In this document: positions 38,121-48,571 of the stretch, piece by piece
Layout: every line of letters begins with the position of its first letter
Position numbering within the stretch: position 1 is the first letter of the stretch
DNA from: Fibrobacteria bacterium
Lineage (GTDB): Bacteria; Fibrobacterota; Fibrobacteria; UBA11236
Direction of reading: 5' to 3'
DNA: 64,000 nucleotides
Assembly (NCBI GenBank): GCA_041746255.1
Contig: JBGTHM010000019.1
Location: 1-64,000 of the forward strand
The notes under the pieces: generated by a model
The model's database searches: none
The model's input: only the letters and a program-made list of their open reading frames with translations
What the model was told of the DNA's origin: nothing
Made by a program: the position numbers and the translations under genes

Positions 38121-39545
38121 GTGCCGGAAGCCGTCAGCGTCTTCGATATCTTCAAGGTCGGCGTGGGTCCATCCAGTTCCCATGCCATGGGTCCTTGGCG
38201 AGCCGCCCAGCGTTTTACCCGAGGCTGCCTGGAGGCCGGACTGCTCCCATGTGTTGTCCGGGTACGGGTTGATCTCTACGGATCGTTGGCGAAAACCGGC
38301 AAGGGGCATGGTACGGACGTGGCCGTGATGATGGGGCTGATGGACGAAGATCCCGAGGTGGTGGATACCCGCGGAATTCCTGCGACCATCGCAACTCTTC
38401 GTAAAACCCGGACCTTGCTTCTGCGCGGCGCTAAAAGCATCCGATTCGATCCCCTGGACGACATCGTATTCCATCCCCGGGAATCCCTTGCCTTTCACCC
38501 CAACGGCCTGCGATTCACCGCCGAACTGGAAAACGGGGGTAACTGTCAAGAGACGTATTTTTCCATCGGCGGAGGCTTCATCGTGAAGGAGGGCGAAGTA
38601 GGGGTTGAAACCTCTATGGTAGCCTTGCCGTTTCCCATCGAAAAGGCGTCCGACTTGCTCCGGTATTGCCGGGAGCAGGGCCTTGAGGCGCCGGACGTGG
38701 TAAGACGGAACGAAGCCGCGTGGCGGGGAGAGGCCGAGTCGACTGCCCGCTTGGAGCAAATCTGGAAGGTGATGCGCGATTCCGTCTTCCGTGGTTGTCA
38801 TGCGGAAGGGATATTGCCCGGCGGCCTGAACCTGGTGCGACGGGCCGCGGGTATGCATCGGCTGCTCCTGGAGGGCCCTGCCGTTTATCGGGATACCGAG
38901 GAATGGATGGAGGCCATCGTCCGGAAGCGCGGAAGTTTCTCGGACATCTTAAAGTGGGTGAGCTGCTTCGCCATTGCGGTGAACGAGGAAAACGCGGCTT
39001 TCGGAAGGGTAGTTACCGCGCCGACGAACGGCGCAGCCGGAGTGATACCGGCCGTCCTCATGTACTATGCCTGTTTCTGCCAACCGAAGGAAGGCGCCAT
39101 AGCGGATTTTCTGCTTACGGCGGGGGAGATCGGAAGCCTGTTCAAAAAAGGCGCCACGCTGTCGGCGGCCATGGGCGGGTGTCAGGCGGAAATCGGAGTC
39201 TCCAGCGCCATGGCCGCCGCAGGGCTCACCCAGGTACAGGGAGGTACAATCGAGAAGGTGATGATGGCGGCTGAAATCGCTATGGAGCACCACCTGGGTT
39301 TGACTTGCGATCCGGTTGGCGGCTTGGTTCAGATTCCCTGCATCGAGCGCAATGCCATGGGAGCCATCAAGGCCATCGCGGCTTCCAATCTCGCCCTGGC
39401 CGGTGAACCCTCCAATGCCAAAGTGTCGTTGGATGCGGTGATTGAGTCGATGTGGGAAACGGCCAAAGACATGAGTACCAAATACAAGGAGACGGCTGAA
39501 GGCGGCCTTGCGGCCAGGCTACCTGTGAACCTGGCCGAATGTTGA
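38121..39545 (+). CDS. sdaA: L-serine dehydratase (Fe-S)
   Basis: [40 protein letters not shown] and CDP...QIPCIERN motifs. Confidence 0.96.
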   Translation: MPEAVSVFDIFKVGVGPSSSHAMGPWRAAQRFTRGCLEAGLLPCVVRVRVDLYGSLAKTGKGHGTDVAVMMGLMDEDPEVVDTRGIPATIATLRKTRTLLLRGAKSIRFDPLDDIVFHPRESLAFHPNGLRFTAELENGGNCQETYFSIGGGFIVKEGEVGVETSMVALPFPIEKASDLLRYCREQGLEAPDVVRRNEAAWRGEAESTARLEQIWKVMRDSVFRGCHAEGILPGGLNLVRRAAGMHRLLLEGPAVYRDTEEWMEAIVRKRGSFSDILKWVSCFAIAVNEENAAFGRVVTAPTNGAAGVIPAVLMYYACFCQPKEGAIADFLLTAGEIGSLFKKGATLSAAMGGCQAEIGVSSAMAAAGLTQVQGGTIEKVMMAAEIAMEHHLGLTCDPVGGLVQIPCIERNAMGAIKAIAASNLALAGEPSNAKVSLDAVIESMWETAKDMSTKYKETAEGGLAARLPVNLAEC

Positions 39546-39554
39546 TGGGGAAAG

Positions 39555-39580
39555 GGCGCGCTCCCGATTAAGAGCGCGCC
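39555..39580. terminator. Hairpin between convergent genes
   Basis: 9-bp stem GGCGCGCTC/GAGCGCGCC with only a short T-run on the minus strand. Confidence 0.55.
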
Positions 39581-39604
39581 AATTCGCTGTCCGTCGAATT
39601 CCCT

Positions 39605-41014
39605 CTAGGGGCGCAGACCTTTGAGCAATACCGGCGCTCGTCCCGGGACGGTTACCCGAATCCCATATAAACCCGGCTGTATCCCCTGGGGCCATTCCAG
39701 CGCCAGGGTATTTGCTTCTGCCGCTACGCGGGTGCGACCCAACGACTCTCCCGAGAGAGAGAGGAATTCCAACTCCGCATGTTTGACGGCTTCGCCCGGA
39801 AGGGAAATAAGGGCTCGGCCTCCCTGACGCAGCATGCGGGGAGATTGGCTCTCAGGTGAAAGGGCGACTGAACCGTCCCCCACTACCAAGGAATCGAAAG
39901 GCCTATCCGCTATTTTGGAGGAAGCGCAGGGAATTTGCGTCCAATTCAACATACAGGGATCATTTTCACGAGCCATAATGTGGTATACACCCTTTTTCAA
40001 ACTCGGGATACGGAATGTCGTGTTGTATGGTTTCACCACGGCGGGACACATCATTTTTGTTTGCCCATAGCTGAAAGTGAGATGGATGTTATTCCCTTGA
40101 ATAGCGACTTGTTTATCGCTGAACTGTGAATTGCAGTTGAAACCATTGCTCCAAAGTTCCAATTCGAAAGCTTTGCCTTCCGCCACCTTTTTCGGTTCCA
40201 CCCAGGTTTGCGGCCACTCTACTTGGCCATTGAAGATTTCCAGTACCCCGACTTTTTCCGTAGAAAAGGCGGGCAACTGAATGGGTGCATCGGGATCGCT
40301 CAATAGCTGCATGGCAATTACGGGGTAACGTCCGGCCTTGAGTCCCGGCAATTTGAATTCCGGTCCGAAGGGCCTTTGATCCCAAACGCATACGCGTTCC
40401 GGATGGGTTTGCATAAAGTAGGTGAGCCAAAGTTCACCGTCCTTGAGCGTGGCGGAGGTGTGACTGAATTCGGTTTGGCAATTCCCATAATTTTGGCTGA
40501 GCAATTGGAGTTGAAAGGGGATGTCCGCTTGGGCGGATGGGGGTTGCAATTTCCAGTTGTGGGTTACAGGATTTTTTCCAACCGTGAGCGTCCCCGCCGG
40601 CTCGGGAATCACAGCGATTTTACACATGGGATTCTCGACCATACAGGGAACGAGGGGAACGGCGAACACGGAGTAAGTACCGGCCTTCAACCCCTTTAAA
40701 TCGAAGGTGGGTCCATAGGGTTTATAAATCATCGGGCATACGGAAATAGGCTCTTTACTGTGATCGGGTAGAAATCGCAAATAGATCTTCGTGCCGTCGA
40801 CCGAATAGGAAAGGTGGGAATAGGTTACCGCGCAAGAATAGCGATGACTGAGCAGCTCCAATTTAAAAGGAGCTCCATCGGAAACCTGGTTGGGAGAAAT
40901 GATAAAGGGTGGAGTCTTCTGTATCTCATCCGGTACTTTAGAGAAACCGGAGAGCAAGGTGATAAGAATCAGGCTGGCGAAGACCGAGGAAGAGCGAAAA
41001 AAAGATGTGTACAT
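39605..41014 (-). CDS. Secreted protein with three ~110-aa Cys-containing repeats and T9SS-like tail
   Basis: Signal peptide; three P....F.L.L.S...C...C....P[YF]...F...LK.G.Y repeats; LSLSG...PGLY tail. Confidence 0.8.
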   Translation of the reverse strand: MYTSFFRSSSVFASLILITLLSGFSKVPDEIQKTPPFIISPNQVSDGAPFKLELLSHRYSCAVTYSHLSYSVDGTKIYLRFLPDHSKEPISVCPMIYKPYGPTFDLKGLKAGTYSVFAVPLVPCMVENPMCKIAVIPEPAGTLTVGKNPVTHNWKLQPPSAQADIPFQLQLLSQNYGNCQTEFSHTSATLKDGELWLTYFMQTHPERVCVWDQRPFGPEFKLPGLKAGRYPVIAMQLLSDPDAPIQLPAFSTEKVGVLEIFNGQVEWPQTWVEPKKVAEGKAFELELWSNGFNCNSQFSDKQVAIQGNNIHLTFSYGQTKMMCPAVVKPYNTTFRIPSLKKGVYHIMARENDPCMLNWTQIPCASSKIADRPFDSLVVGDGSVALSPESQSPRMLRQGGRALISLPGEAVKHAELEFLSLSGESLGRTRVAAEANTLALEWPQGIQPGLYGIRVTVPGRAPVLLKGLRP

Positions 41015-41281
41015 GGACAACCCCCCGTAGTGCAAAAAAATATAGAAATAAAATTAATTTATCATAAATGCTTATTTAATGTCTAATTAATAACTAAAAT
41101 GTAGTGTAAAAGCAAGACATTTTTGGGAAAAAAATAACTTTCTCCCCCGACTTCATACCTAGGCGACCCGTTCAAGACGCTGTGTTTAGCCTATGGAACA
41201 AGCTCTTTTTGGGAAAATTGGCGAAATAATCCAAAAATCCGGGCCCCATTTTCAGGATGGTGAACCCTCAAGGAAGCGAAT

Positions 41282-42961
41282 ATGGCAGAAAAATTCGTGT
41301 ATTACATGCACAAGCTGAATAAAGTCTACCCCCCCAACCGGGAGGTCCTAAAGAACATCTCCCTCTCCTTTTATTATGGCGCCAAAATCGGCATTATCGG
41401 CACCAACGGTTCGGGAAAAAGTACGCTCATGCGCATCATGGCGGGCATGGATAAGGATTTTCAAGGTGAGGCCTGGGTGGAATCGGGCCGCAAAGTGGGG
41501 TATTTGCCCCAGGAGCCCCACTTGGATGAATCCCTGGATGTGCGGGGCAATGTGGAATTGGGCCTAAAGGATGTCAAAGCCGTATTGGACGAATTCAATG
41601 CCGTGTCCATGCGCTTCGCCGAGGAAATGACCGACGACGAAATGCAAAAGTTGCTGGATAAGCAGGCCGTGCTTCAGGACAAAATCGACGCCAACGATGG
41701 CTGGAGCCTGGACCGTACGGTGGAAATTGCCATGGACGCCTTGCGCTGTCCCCCTCCCGATGCGGAAGTGTCGCGGCTTTCGGGCGGTGAAAAACGCCGG
41801 GTGGCGCTCTGCCGGCTTTTGCTGGAAAAACCCGATCTACTGCTGTTGGACGAACCGACCAACCATTTGGACGCCGAATCGGTGGCTTGGCTGGAGCGCA
41901 CTTTGCGCGACTATACCGGTTCCGTGATTCTAGTCACGCATGATCGCTATTTTCTCGATAATGTGGTGGGTTGGATTTTGGAACTCGACCGGGGCAAGGG
42001 CATTCCCTGGGAGGGCAATTACAGTTCCTGGCTGGAGCAAAAGGGTAATCGCCTGGCGCAGGAAGAGAAGGAAGAATCGCGCCGCCAGAAGCAGCTCAAA
42101 CAGGAGTTGGAATGGGTGCGCATGTCGGCCAAAGCGCGTCAGGCCAAAGGCAAGGCCCGTCTTAACGCCTATGAGCAGCTGCGGGAACAGGCCGGCGCCG
42201 AAAAGGCGGGAGCGGCTTCCATCACCATTCCCCACGGTCCCCGCCTGGGAGACGTGGTCATCCAAGCGGAAAACCTCACCAAAGGATATGGTGATAGGCT
42301 GCTTTTCGAAAATTTGACTTTCAGCCTGCCGCGCGCGGGCATCGTAGGCGTTATCGGTCCCAACGGAGCGGGAAAAACCACCTTGTTTCGCCTCATCACC
42401 GGGCAGGAACAGCCGGACGGCGGCACACTGCGCGTAGGCGATACGGTACAGTTAAGCTATGTCGATCAATCCCGCGACAGCCTGGACGGGTCCAAATCGG
42501 TATTCGAGGAAATCACCGGCGGAGTGGACGTGCTTAAATTGGGTAACATCGAAGTCAACTCACGCAGCTACGTGGGCAAGTTCAATTTCTCCGGCACGGA
42601 TCAGCAGAAAAAAGTGCAGGACCTGTCGGGCGGCGAGCGCAATCGCGTCCATTTGGCCAAGCTGCTGCAAACCGGCGGCAACGTGCTGCTTTTGGATGAG
42701 CCCACCAACGATCTCGACGTGGAAACCCTGCAATCGCTGGAACAGGCCATTCTGGAGTTTTCCGGCTGCGTTATCGTGATTTCCCATGATCGCTGGTTTC
42801 TGGATCGCGTCGCCACGCATATGCTGTCCTTCGAGGGCGACAGCCAAGTTGTCTGGTACGAAGGAAATTACGCACAATATGAAGAGGCGCGTCGCAAGCG
42901 TTTGGGCATTGACGCGGACCAGCCGCAGCGGCTCAAGTACAAGCCGCTGGTGCGGCAGTGA
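41282..42961 (+). CDS. ettA: Energy-dependent translational throttle ABC-F protein
   Basis: [15 protein letters not shown], two ABC domains, ELEWVR and DEPTNDLD motifs. Confidence 0.96.
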   Translation: MAEKFVYYMHKLNKVYPPNREVLKNISLSFYYGAKIGIIGTNGSGKSTLMRIMAGMDKDFQGEAWVESGRKVGYLPQEPHLDESLDVRGNVELGLKDVKAVLDEFNAVSMRFAEEMTDDEMQKLLDKQAVLQDKIDANDGWSLDRTVEIAMDALRCPPPDAEVSRLSGGEKRRVALCRLLLEKPDLLLLDEPTNHLDAESVAWLERTLRDYTGSVILVTHDRYFLDNVVGWILELDRGKGIPWEGNYSSWLEQKGNRLAQEEKEESRRQKQLKQELEWVRMSAKARQAKGKARLNAYEQLREQAGAEKAGAASITIPHGPRLGDVVIQAENLTKGYGDRLLFENLTFSLPRAGIVGVIGPNGAGKTTLFRLITGQEQPDGGTLRVGDTVQLSYVDQSRDSLDGSKSVFEEITGGVDVLKLGNIEVNSRSYVGKFNFSGTDQQKKVQDLSGGERNRVHLAKLLQTGGNVLLLDEPTNDLDVETLQSLEQAILEFSGCVIVISHDRWFLDRVATHMLSFEGDSQVVWYEGNYAQYEEARRKRLGIDADQPQRLKYKPLVRQ

Positions 42962-42983
42962 GAAGGGTTATCGCGCTGAAAAT

Positions 42984-43337
42984 TTATTGCCAGCTGGTAT
43001 AAGAGGTGCCGGGCAGGCGATACTGTTCGTAAGCCTGCAGCTCGGGAGCCTTGGTGGAAGCGCCGGCAGATTGCAGAATCTTCATGGCTTCGATATGCCC
43101 GTTCGAGGAAGCCGCGAGGTAGGGAGTCCAACCCTGCTTATCCCTGGCATTGATGTCGGCGCCGGAGGCGATGAGTTCCTGAACTTTTTTCGTTTCGCCT
43201 TTTTCTGCGGCACGGATGAGTTGCAGGTTTTTGTTTCCCGATGAAGCGCAGCCGATTAACACAAAAGCCGCGGCTCCAAAGAGGAGGGAGCTTCCGAGGT
43301 TTTTCTTTTTCGGAGTTTTGCTTTTATCCTGGCTCAT
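42984..43337 (-). CDS. Ankyrin-repeat lipoprotein
   Basis: Lipobox LIGC; GADINARDKQGWTP..AASSNGH ankyrin motif. Confidence 0.85.
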   Translation of the reverse strand: MSQDKSKTPKKKNLGSSLLFGAAAFVLIGCASSGNKNLQLIRAAEKGETKKVQELIASGADINARDKQGWTPYLAASSNGHIEAMKILQSAGASTKAPELQAYEQYRLPGTSYTSWQ

Positions 43338-43514
43338 CTTGCTCTCCTGCGACTGTGGGAACCGTCCCTACTTTTATTCTCCCACATCGCACACCTCTTT
43401 GCCAACATCATTTTACGCTCACTTGGCAAAGGGCGCATACGGTTTTTAAGGAACCACCGAATTTTGCTAAGTTTAAGGTTTGGCTTTCCCTCTCTCCCTT
43501 CAGAAAAGGCTTAA

Positions 43515-44336
43515 ATGGCGACTTTGCCGGAAAAAATTCAAGAAGCGAAAATTTATTTGCAAAAAAAAGTGGAGGGTCACTTCGATATTGCCGTTATTCT
43601 CGGAACGGGCCTGGGATCTTTCGCCAACTCGCTGGAAATCACTGCTCAGATAGCCTTCGAGGAAATTCCCCATTTCGCCAAGACTACAGCCGACCACCAC
43701 GCCGGCCAATTGGTGTTCGGAACCTTGGGCGGAAAAAAAGTGGCGGTCATGCAAGGCCGCTACCATTTTTATGAAGGGTTTACCCTGGAACAAATCGCTT
43801 TTCCAGTGCGGGTTTTAAAAGCCATGGGTGCGGAAACCTTGGTTGTTTCCAATATCGCGGGAGGCGTCAATCCCCAATTCCGTATCGGCGACTTAATGCT
43901 GATTACCGACCATATCAATCTGTTGGGTACCAATCCCCTTATCGGCCCCAATTTCGAGGAGCTTGGCCCGCGTTTTCCCGACATGTCGGAACCCTATAAA
44001 CGCACTCATATTAATCGCATGCAGGAAATCGCCCTCGAAGCGAAATTGCCTTTGCAAAAAGGGGTGTATGCCTGCATGAGCGGGCCTGCTTTGGAAACAG
44101 CCGCCGAATACCGTATGCTGCGTACTCTCGGCGCGGATGCCGTGGGCATGTCCACCGTGCCCGAAGTCATAACGGCCGTGCATGCGGGCATGCAGGTGCT
44201 GGGCCTCTCGCTCATCACCGACGTTTGCCTTCCCGATAATCTGCAACCCATCAATGTGCCCGAAATCCTCGCGACCGCGGCCAAAGCCGAGCCCCAAATC
44301 GCGCAACTCATCCGGGGTTTCGTCGCCTCGCTTTAG
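43515..44336 (+). CDS. punA: Purine nucleoside phosphorylase (trimeric type)
   Basis: ILGTGLG, GRYHFYEG, GPRFPDMS, GP.LET.AE and GMSTVPE motifs. Confidence 0.93.
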   Translation: MATLPEKIQEAKIYLQKKVEGHFDIAVILGTGLGSFANSLEITAQIAFEEIPHFAKTTADHHAGQLVFGTLGGKKVAVMQGRYHFYEGFTLEQIAFPVRVLKAMGAETLVVSNIAGGVNPQFRIGDLMLITDHINLLGTNPLIGPNFEELGPRFPDMSEPYKRTHINRMQEIALEAKLPLQKGVYACMSGPALETAAEYRMLRTLGADAVGMSTVPEVITAVHAGMQVLGLSLITDVCLPDNLQPINVPEILATAAKAEPQIAQLIRGFVASL

Positions 44337-44372
44337 GCGGCATCCCTTAAAGGCTCCGAAGGAATTCTGAAC

Positions 44373-47300
44373 ATGTTTCGCGAAATCGATAAATCCCAGG
44401 CTTTCCCCGAAATGGAAAAGCGCATCCTGAAACTCTGGGAAGACGAACACGCCTTTCAGAAAAGCATTGAACTGCGTTCGCGGGACAAGGCTTTCGTCTT
44501 CAATGACGGCCCGCCTTTCGCCACCGGTCTTCCGCATTACGGCCACCTGCTCGCGGGCACCATCAAGGATATCATTCCCCGCTACTGGACCATGAAAGGT
44601 TATCGCGTCGAACGGCGTTTCGGTTGGGATTGCCATGGGCTGCCCATCGAAAGCCTTATCCAGGACAGATTGAACCTGACTACCGTCAAGGATATCCGCG
44701 AACACGGCGTGGACAAATTCAACGAAGCCTGCCGCGCGGGCGTGTTGCAATATACGCGTGAGTGGCGTGACACCGTGCGCAAAATGGGACGCTGGGTCGA
44801 TTTCGAAAACGAATACAAAACCATGGATCGCCCTTTCATGGAATCGGTGTGGTGGGTATTCAAACAGTGTTTCGACAAAGGCCTGATTTACCAAGGCTAT
44901 CGTATCCAGCCTTACAGCCCCGCCTTGGCGACGTCGCTCTCCAATTTCGAAGTGAACCAAGGCTATCGCGATCGACAGGATCCTTCCGTCACGCTGACCT
45001 TTCCTTTGGAGGGAGAGGACGCGAGTCTATTGGTGTGGACGACTACACCTTGGACCTTGCCGAGCAATCTCGCCGTAGCCGTGCATCCCGAACTGGAATA
45101 CGCGCTGGTTAAGTCCGAAGGCAAAAAATACTGGATTGCCGAAGCGCGTCGCTCCGCCTATTTCGGTGAAGGCTGCCAGGTGTTGGAGAAAAAATCCGGC
45201 GCCGCGCTTGTGGGACGCAAATACCAGCCCTTGTTCCCATACGCGCCGATTCTGTCGCCCAAGCAATACACCCTGCTGGCGGCCGATTTCGTCAGCGCTG
45301 AAGACGGTACCGGCGCCGTGCATATCGCGCCTTCTTTCGGCGAAGAGGATTTTCAACTGGGAAGCCAGGAAGGACTGGGTCTTTTCGACCCCCTGGATGC
45401 CGACGGTAAATTCACGGATGTTACTCCCCCTTGGCAGGGCAAAGGCGCGAAAGACGCGGACAAGGATATCTTGCATGCCTTAAAAGCCGAAGGGCGAGTC
45501 TTCAAGCATGAAACCCTGGTGCATAGCTATCCCCATTGCTGGCGCACCGACGTGCCCTTGCTTTATCGCGCCTTGAAAACCTGGTTTCTCGATTTGGGCC
45601 GGGAAATCACCGATGCCGAGGGCGAAACCAAAACCCTGAAAGAATGGATGATATCCTGCAATCAGGAAATCAATTGGGTGCCGGAGCATATCAAAAACGG
45701 GCGCTTCGGCAAATGGCTGGAAGGCGCGCGTGATTGGAATCTCTCGCGGAACCGCTTCTGGGGCACCTGCCTCCCGGTTTGGATAGCCGAAGATGGCGAC
45801 ATGCTGTGCCTGGGAAGCGTGGCCGAACTGGAGGCCCTAACCGGCCAAAAGGTGGATGACCTGCATATGCATATCGTGGATGCCTTGGAAGTCAGAACCA
45901 GCGACAAAAAGGTATTCGATCCGGATGGGAAGGTTTACCGACGTACTCCCGAAGTACTCGACTGCTGGTTCGAATCGGGGGCCATGCCCTATGCCCAACC
46001 GCATTATCCTTTCGAGAACAAGGAAAAATTCGAGCATAACTTTCCCGCCGATTTTATCGCCGAAGGTCTCGACCAGACCCGGGGATGGTTTTACACGCTG
46101 ACGGTTTTGGGAGCGGCGCTTTTTCAAAAGCCCGCTTTTACAAATGTCATCGTAAACGGCATTATCCTCGCCGAAGACGGCCAGAAAATGTCGAAGCGCC
46201 TGAAAAACTATCCCGACCCCAATCACCTCATCGAGCTGACCTCCGCCGATGCCATCCGGCTTTTCATGATCGATTCGGCGGCGGTTAAAGGCGAGGAACT
46301 CCGCTTCAGCGAAGTGGGCGTGAGGAATATCGTCCGCAGCGTGCTTTTGCCGCTGTGGAATAGCCTGGCCTTGATGGTGACTTATGCCAATGCCGACAAG
46401 GCCAAGGGGCAATTGACCTGGCGTCCCGGCGACTCCGTGGCTGCTACCCATGAGCTGGACCAGTGGATCCTGTCCGATTTACAACAGCTGTTGGGTCGTG
46501 TACGCACCGAAATGGACGCCTATCGCCTGTATAATGTGGTTCCGGCGGTATTGGAATTTATCGACGATTTGACCAATTGGTATATCCGTCGCTCCAGGCG
46601 TCGCTTTTGGAAATCCGAAAACGATCAGGATAAGAATTCCGCTTATGCGACGCTGTACCGGGTCCTGGTGGATTTTTCCAAAGTGCTGGCTCCCTTCCTT
46701 CCCTTTCTCGCGGAGGAAATCTACCAGATTCTGGTGCGGGAATCCGAAGGCGGTCTTGAGGCGCCGGCTTCGGTGCACCACTGCCTGCTCCCGGAAGTGG
46801 ACGGCGATTTGCTGAAGCCATCGCTCAACGCCAAGATGCAGTTGGTAAGGGGTGCAGTGATGTCGGGTCGGGCGTTACGCGCTCACCACAACTTGAAAAA
46901 CCGGCAGCCCTTGGCGAATTTCACCATAGTGGTTCGCAACGCCGAACAAAAGCGGGCGATGGAATCGATGGAAGAGCTTATCCGGGACGAGCTCAACGTG
47001 AAGCAGGTGGAGGTTTCTCTCGACGAATCGGCTTTTGTGACCTATTCAGCCAAAGCCAACTTCAAAAACCTGGGCGCTCGTCTGGGAAAAAGGATGAAGG
47101 AAGCGGCTCAAGGAATTTCTGCCTTGACCCATGCCCAAATTCGAGAGATTTTGGGGGGGACGACTTTCTCCCTGAAATTGGAAGGTGGCGCGGTGGAAAT
47201 AGGTGTGGATGATTTGCAGGTGGTTCGGGAAGTCAAGGGTGGGTTGGTGGTGGAAGCCAATGCCGAGACCACGGTGGCTTTGGATACGACCCTGACGCAG

Positions 47301-47573
47301 GAGCTGCGGCTGGAGATGGTGGCGCGGGAATGCGTCAGCCGAATTCAGAACCTGCGCAAGGAAACCGGCTTAGACGTCATCGATCGCATTGATTTAGAGG
47401 TAAAAACCGACTCGGAGCTGATACGGGCGGCCATGGAGGCCCATAAGACGTATATTTCCAGCGAAGTTTTGGCGGATAAATTGACTTTCTCTCCCCTAAA
47501 ATCGGACAATGACGCAAATATTACGCTGATTGAAGGGGAAAAAGCGCTTTTTTCGGTGAGCAAAAAAGTCTAG
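44373..47573 (+). CDS. ileS: Isoleucine-tRNA ligase, type 2
   Basis: DGPPFATGLPHYGH, WTTTPWTLP, EGLDQTRGWF and KMSKR motifs; no C-terminal zinc finger. Confidence 0.98.
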   Translation: MFREIDKSQAFPEMEKRILKLWEDEHAFQKSIELRSRDKAFVFNDGPPFATGLPHYGHLLAGTIKDIIPRYWTMKGYRVERRFGWDCHGLPIESLIQDRLNLTTVKDIREHGVDKFNEACRAGVLQYTREWRDTVRKMGRWVDFENEYKTMDRPFMESVWWVFKQCFDKGLIYQGYRIQPYSPALATSLSNFEVNQGYRDRQDPSVTLTFPLEGEDASLLVWTTTPWTLPSNLAVAVHPELEYALVKSEGKKYWIAEARRSAYFGEGCQVLEKKSGAALVGRKYQPLFPYAPILSPKQYTLLAADFVSAEDGTGAVHIAPSFGEEDFQLGSQEGLGLFDPLDADGKFTDVTPPWQGKGAKDADKDILHALKAEGRVFKHETLVHSYPHCWRTDVPLLYRALKTWFLDLGREITDAEGETKTLKEWMISCNQEINWVPEHIKNGRFGKWLEGARDWNLSRNRFWGTCLPVWIAEDGDMLCLGSVAELEALTGQKVDDLHMHIVDALEVRTSDKKVFDPDGKVYRRTPEVLDCWFESGAMPYAQPHYPFENKEKFEHNFPADFIAEGLDQTRGWFYTLTVLGAALFQKPAFTNVIVNGIILAEDGQKMSKRLKNYPDPNHLIELTSADAIRLFMIDSAAVKGEELRFSEVGVRNIVRSVLLPLWNSLALMVTYANADKAKGQLTWRPGDSVAATHELDQWILSDLQQLLGRVRTEMDAYRLYNVVPAVLEFIDDLTNWYIRRSRRRFWKSENDQDKNSAYATLYRVLVDFSKVLAPFLPFLAEEIYQILVRESEGGLEAPASVHHCLLPEVDGDLLKPSLNAKMQLVRGAVMSGRALRAHHNLKNRQPLANFTIVVRNAEQKRAMESMEELIRDELNVKQVEVSLDESAFVTYSAKANFKNLGARLGKRMKEAAQGISALTHAQIREILGGTTFSLKLEGGAVEIGVDDLQVVREVKGGLVVEANAETTVALDTTLTQELRLEMVARECVSRIQNLRKETGLDVIDRIDLEVKTDSELIRAAMEAHKTYISSEVLADKLTFSPLKSDNDANITLIEGEKALFSVSKKV

Positions 47574-47578
47574 TTTAT

Positions 47579-48088
47579 GTGCCGTTTGGCGACCCTGAAA
47601 GGATGTTTTGGATGAAAAAGAATGAGCAAGAAAAAGGTAAGGAGAACGCAAAATCCGCCTGCATCGCCAAACGAAAAGCCGGGGATCCCAACAGCTGGAC
47701 CAAAAAGGATTTGGCCAATTTCGAGAAACTGCTCAATGAGAAAAAAGAAGAGCTGATTCAGGAATTGGGCTATCTGGAAGCCAATTCCATGCGCCTCAAC
47801 AGCCGGGAAGGGGCCGGCGATTTGTCCAGCCATGCCTATCATTTGGCCGACCATGCTACCGAAACTCAGGACCGGGAACAGGCCTTTTACATGGCCAGCC
47901 GCGAAGGCAAATTCCTGTATTATATCGAAGAGGCGCTTGACCGCATCCGCAACGGCAAGTTCGGTCTATGCAAAGGCTGCGGTTTGGGCATTCCTCGCGC
48001 CCGCCTGGAAGCCGTGCCTACGGCTACCATGTGCGTGGAATACAAGCAGTTGCTCGAAAAGGAGAAACTGAACAGCGAAAAGGCGTGA
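47579..48088 (+). CDS. DksA/TraR-family regulator
   Basis: HLADHATE, ALDRI..G.FGLCKGC...RLEAVP...C motifs; follows ileS. The start may be ATG 47612. Confidence 0.88.
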   Translation: MPFGDPERMFWMKKNEQEKGKENAKSACIAKRKAGDPNSWTKKDLANFEKLLNEKKEELIQELGYLEANSMRLNSREGAGDLSSHAYHLADHATETQDREQAFYMASREGKFLYYIEEALDRIRNGKFGLCKGCGLGIPRARLEAVPTATMCVEYKQLLEKEKLNSEKA

Positions 48089-48182
48089 TTTTTTCGCTTA
48101 AACCCTCCAATCCCGGTTCTTGGTAAAAAGAACGTGCCTTCAGCAGCTTCCGAAGGCTATCATAGGGCATTAAGGAGGGGAT

Positions 48183-48524
48183 ATGCGCGCCGAGCACCGA
48201 TCAACACCTCGATGGCCCTCCGAGGCGGGGGCGCGAGTAACCTTGCATAATCAGGTTTATTACTCCAATATCCTTAATGTGAATCTGGGAGGGTGTTTTT
48301 TCGAAGGCGCCTTCCCGGCCCGCGTATCCGACATCATACAGATATCCAGCGACCATAATCAGAACATTAACGGATTGCGCGCCCAGGTGGTGTGGGTTTT
48401 GAACGAACCGGATATCCAGGGAATCGGCGTGAAGTTCGAACCTATCGACGAACAGCAACAATTCGAGCTCATCAAATGGTTCAACGCCATGGTGCCGGCG
48501 CCGAATCAGATTCCCCCGCAATAA
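48183..48524 (+). CDS. Single-domain PilZ protein
   Basis: RSTPR (RxxxR), NVNLGG, AQVVW and GIGVKF motifs; AAGGAG RBS. Confidence 0.85.
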   Translation: MRAEHRSTPRWPSEAGARVTLHNQVYYSNILNVNLGGCFFEGAFPARVSDIIQISSDHNQNINGLRAQVVWVLNEPDIQGIGVKFEPIDEQQQFELIKWFNAMVPAPNQIPPQ

Positions 48525-48571
48525 AGAATACGTTAAAGGGGGCCGGCACCTCTCGGCATAAGCCTCTCCCG

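Noticed and set aside
43893..44960. 355-aa antisense ORF over punA/ileS (similarly 21163..21981, 22589..23224, 38082..38858)
   Set aside because: Antisense to well-conserved genes and explained by codon bias.
44373..47573. Type 2 IleRS as acquired mupirocin resistance
   Set aside because: It sits in a housekeeping punA-ileS-dksA context and is probably the native enzyme.
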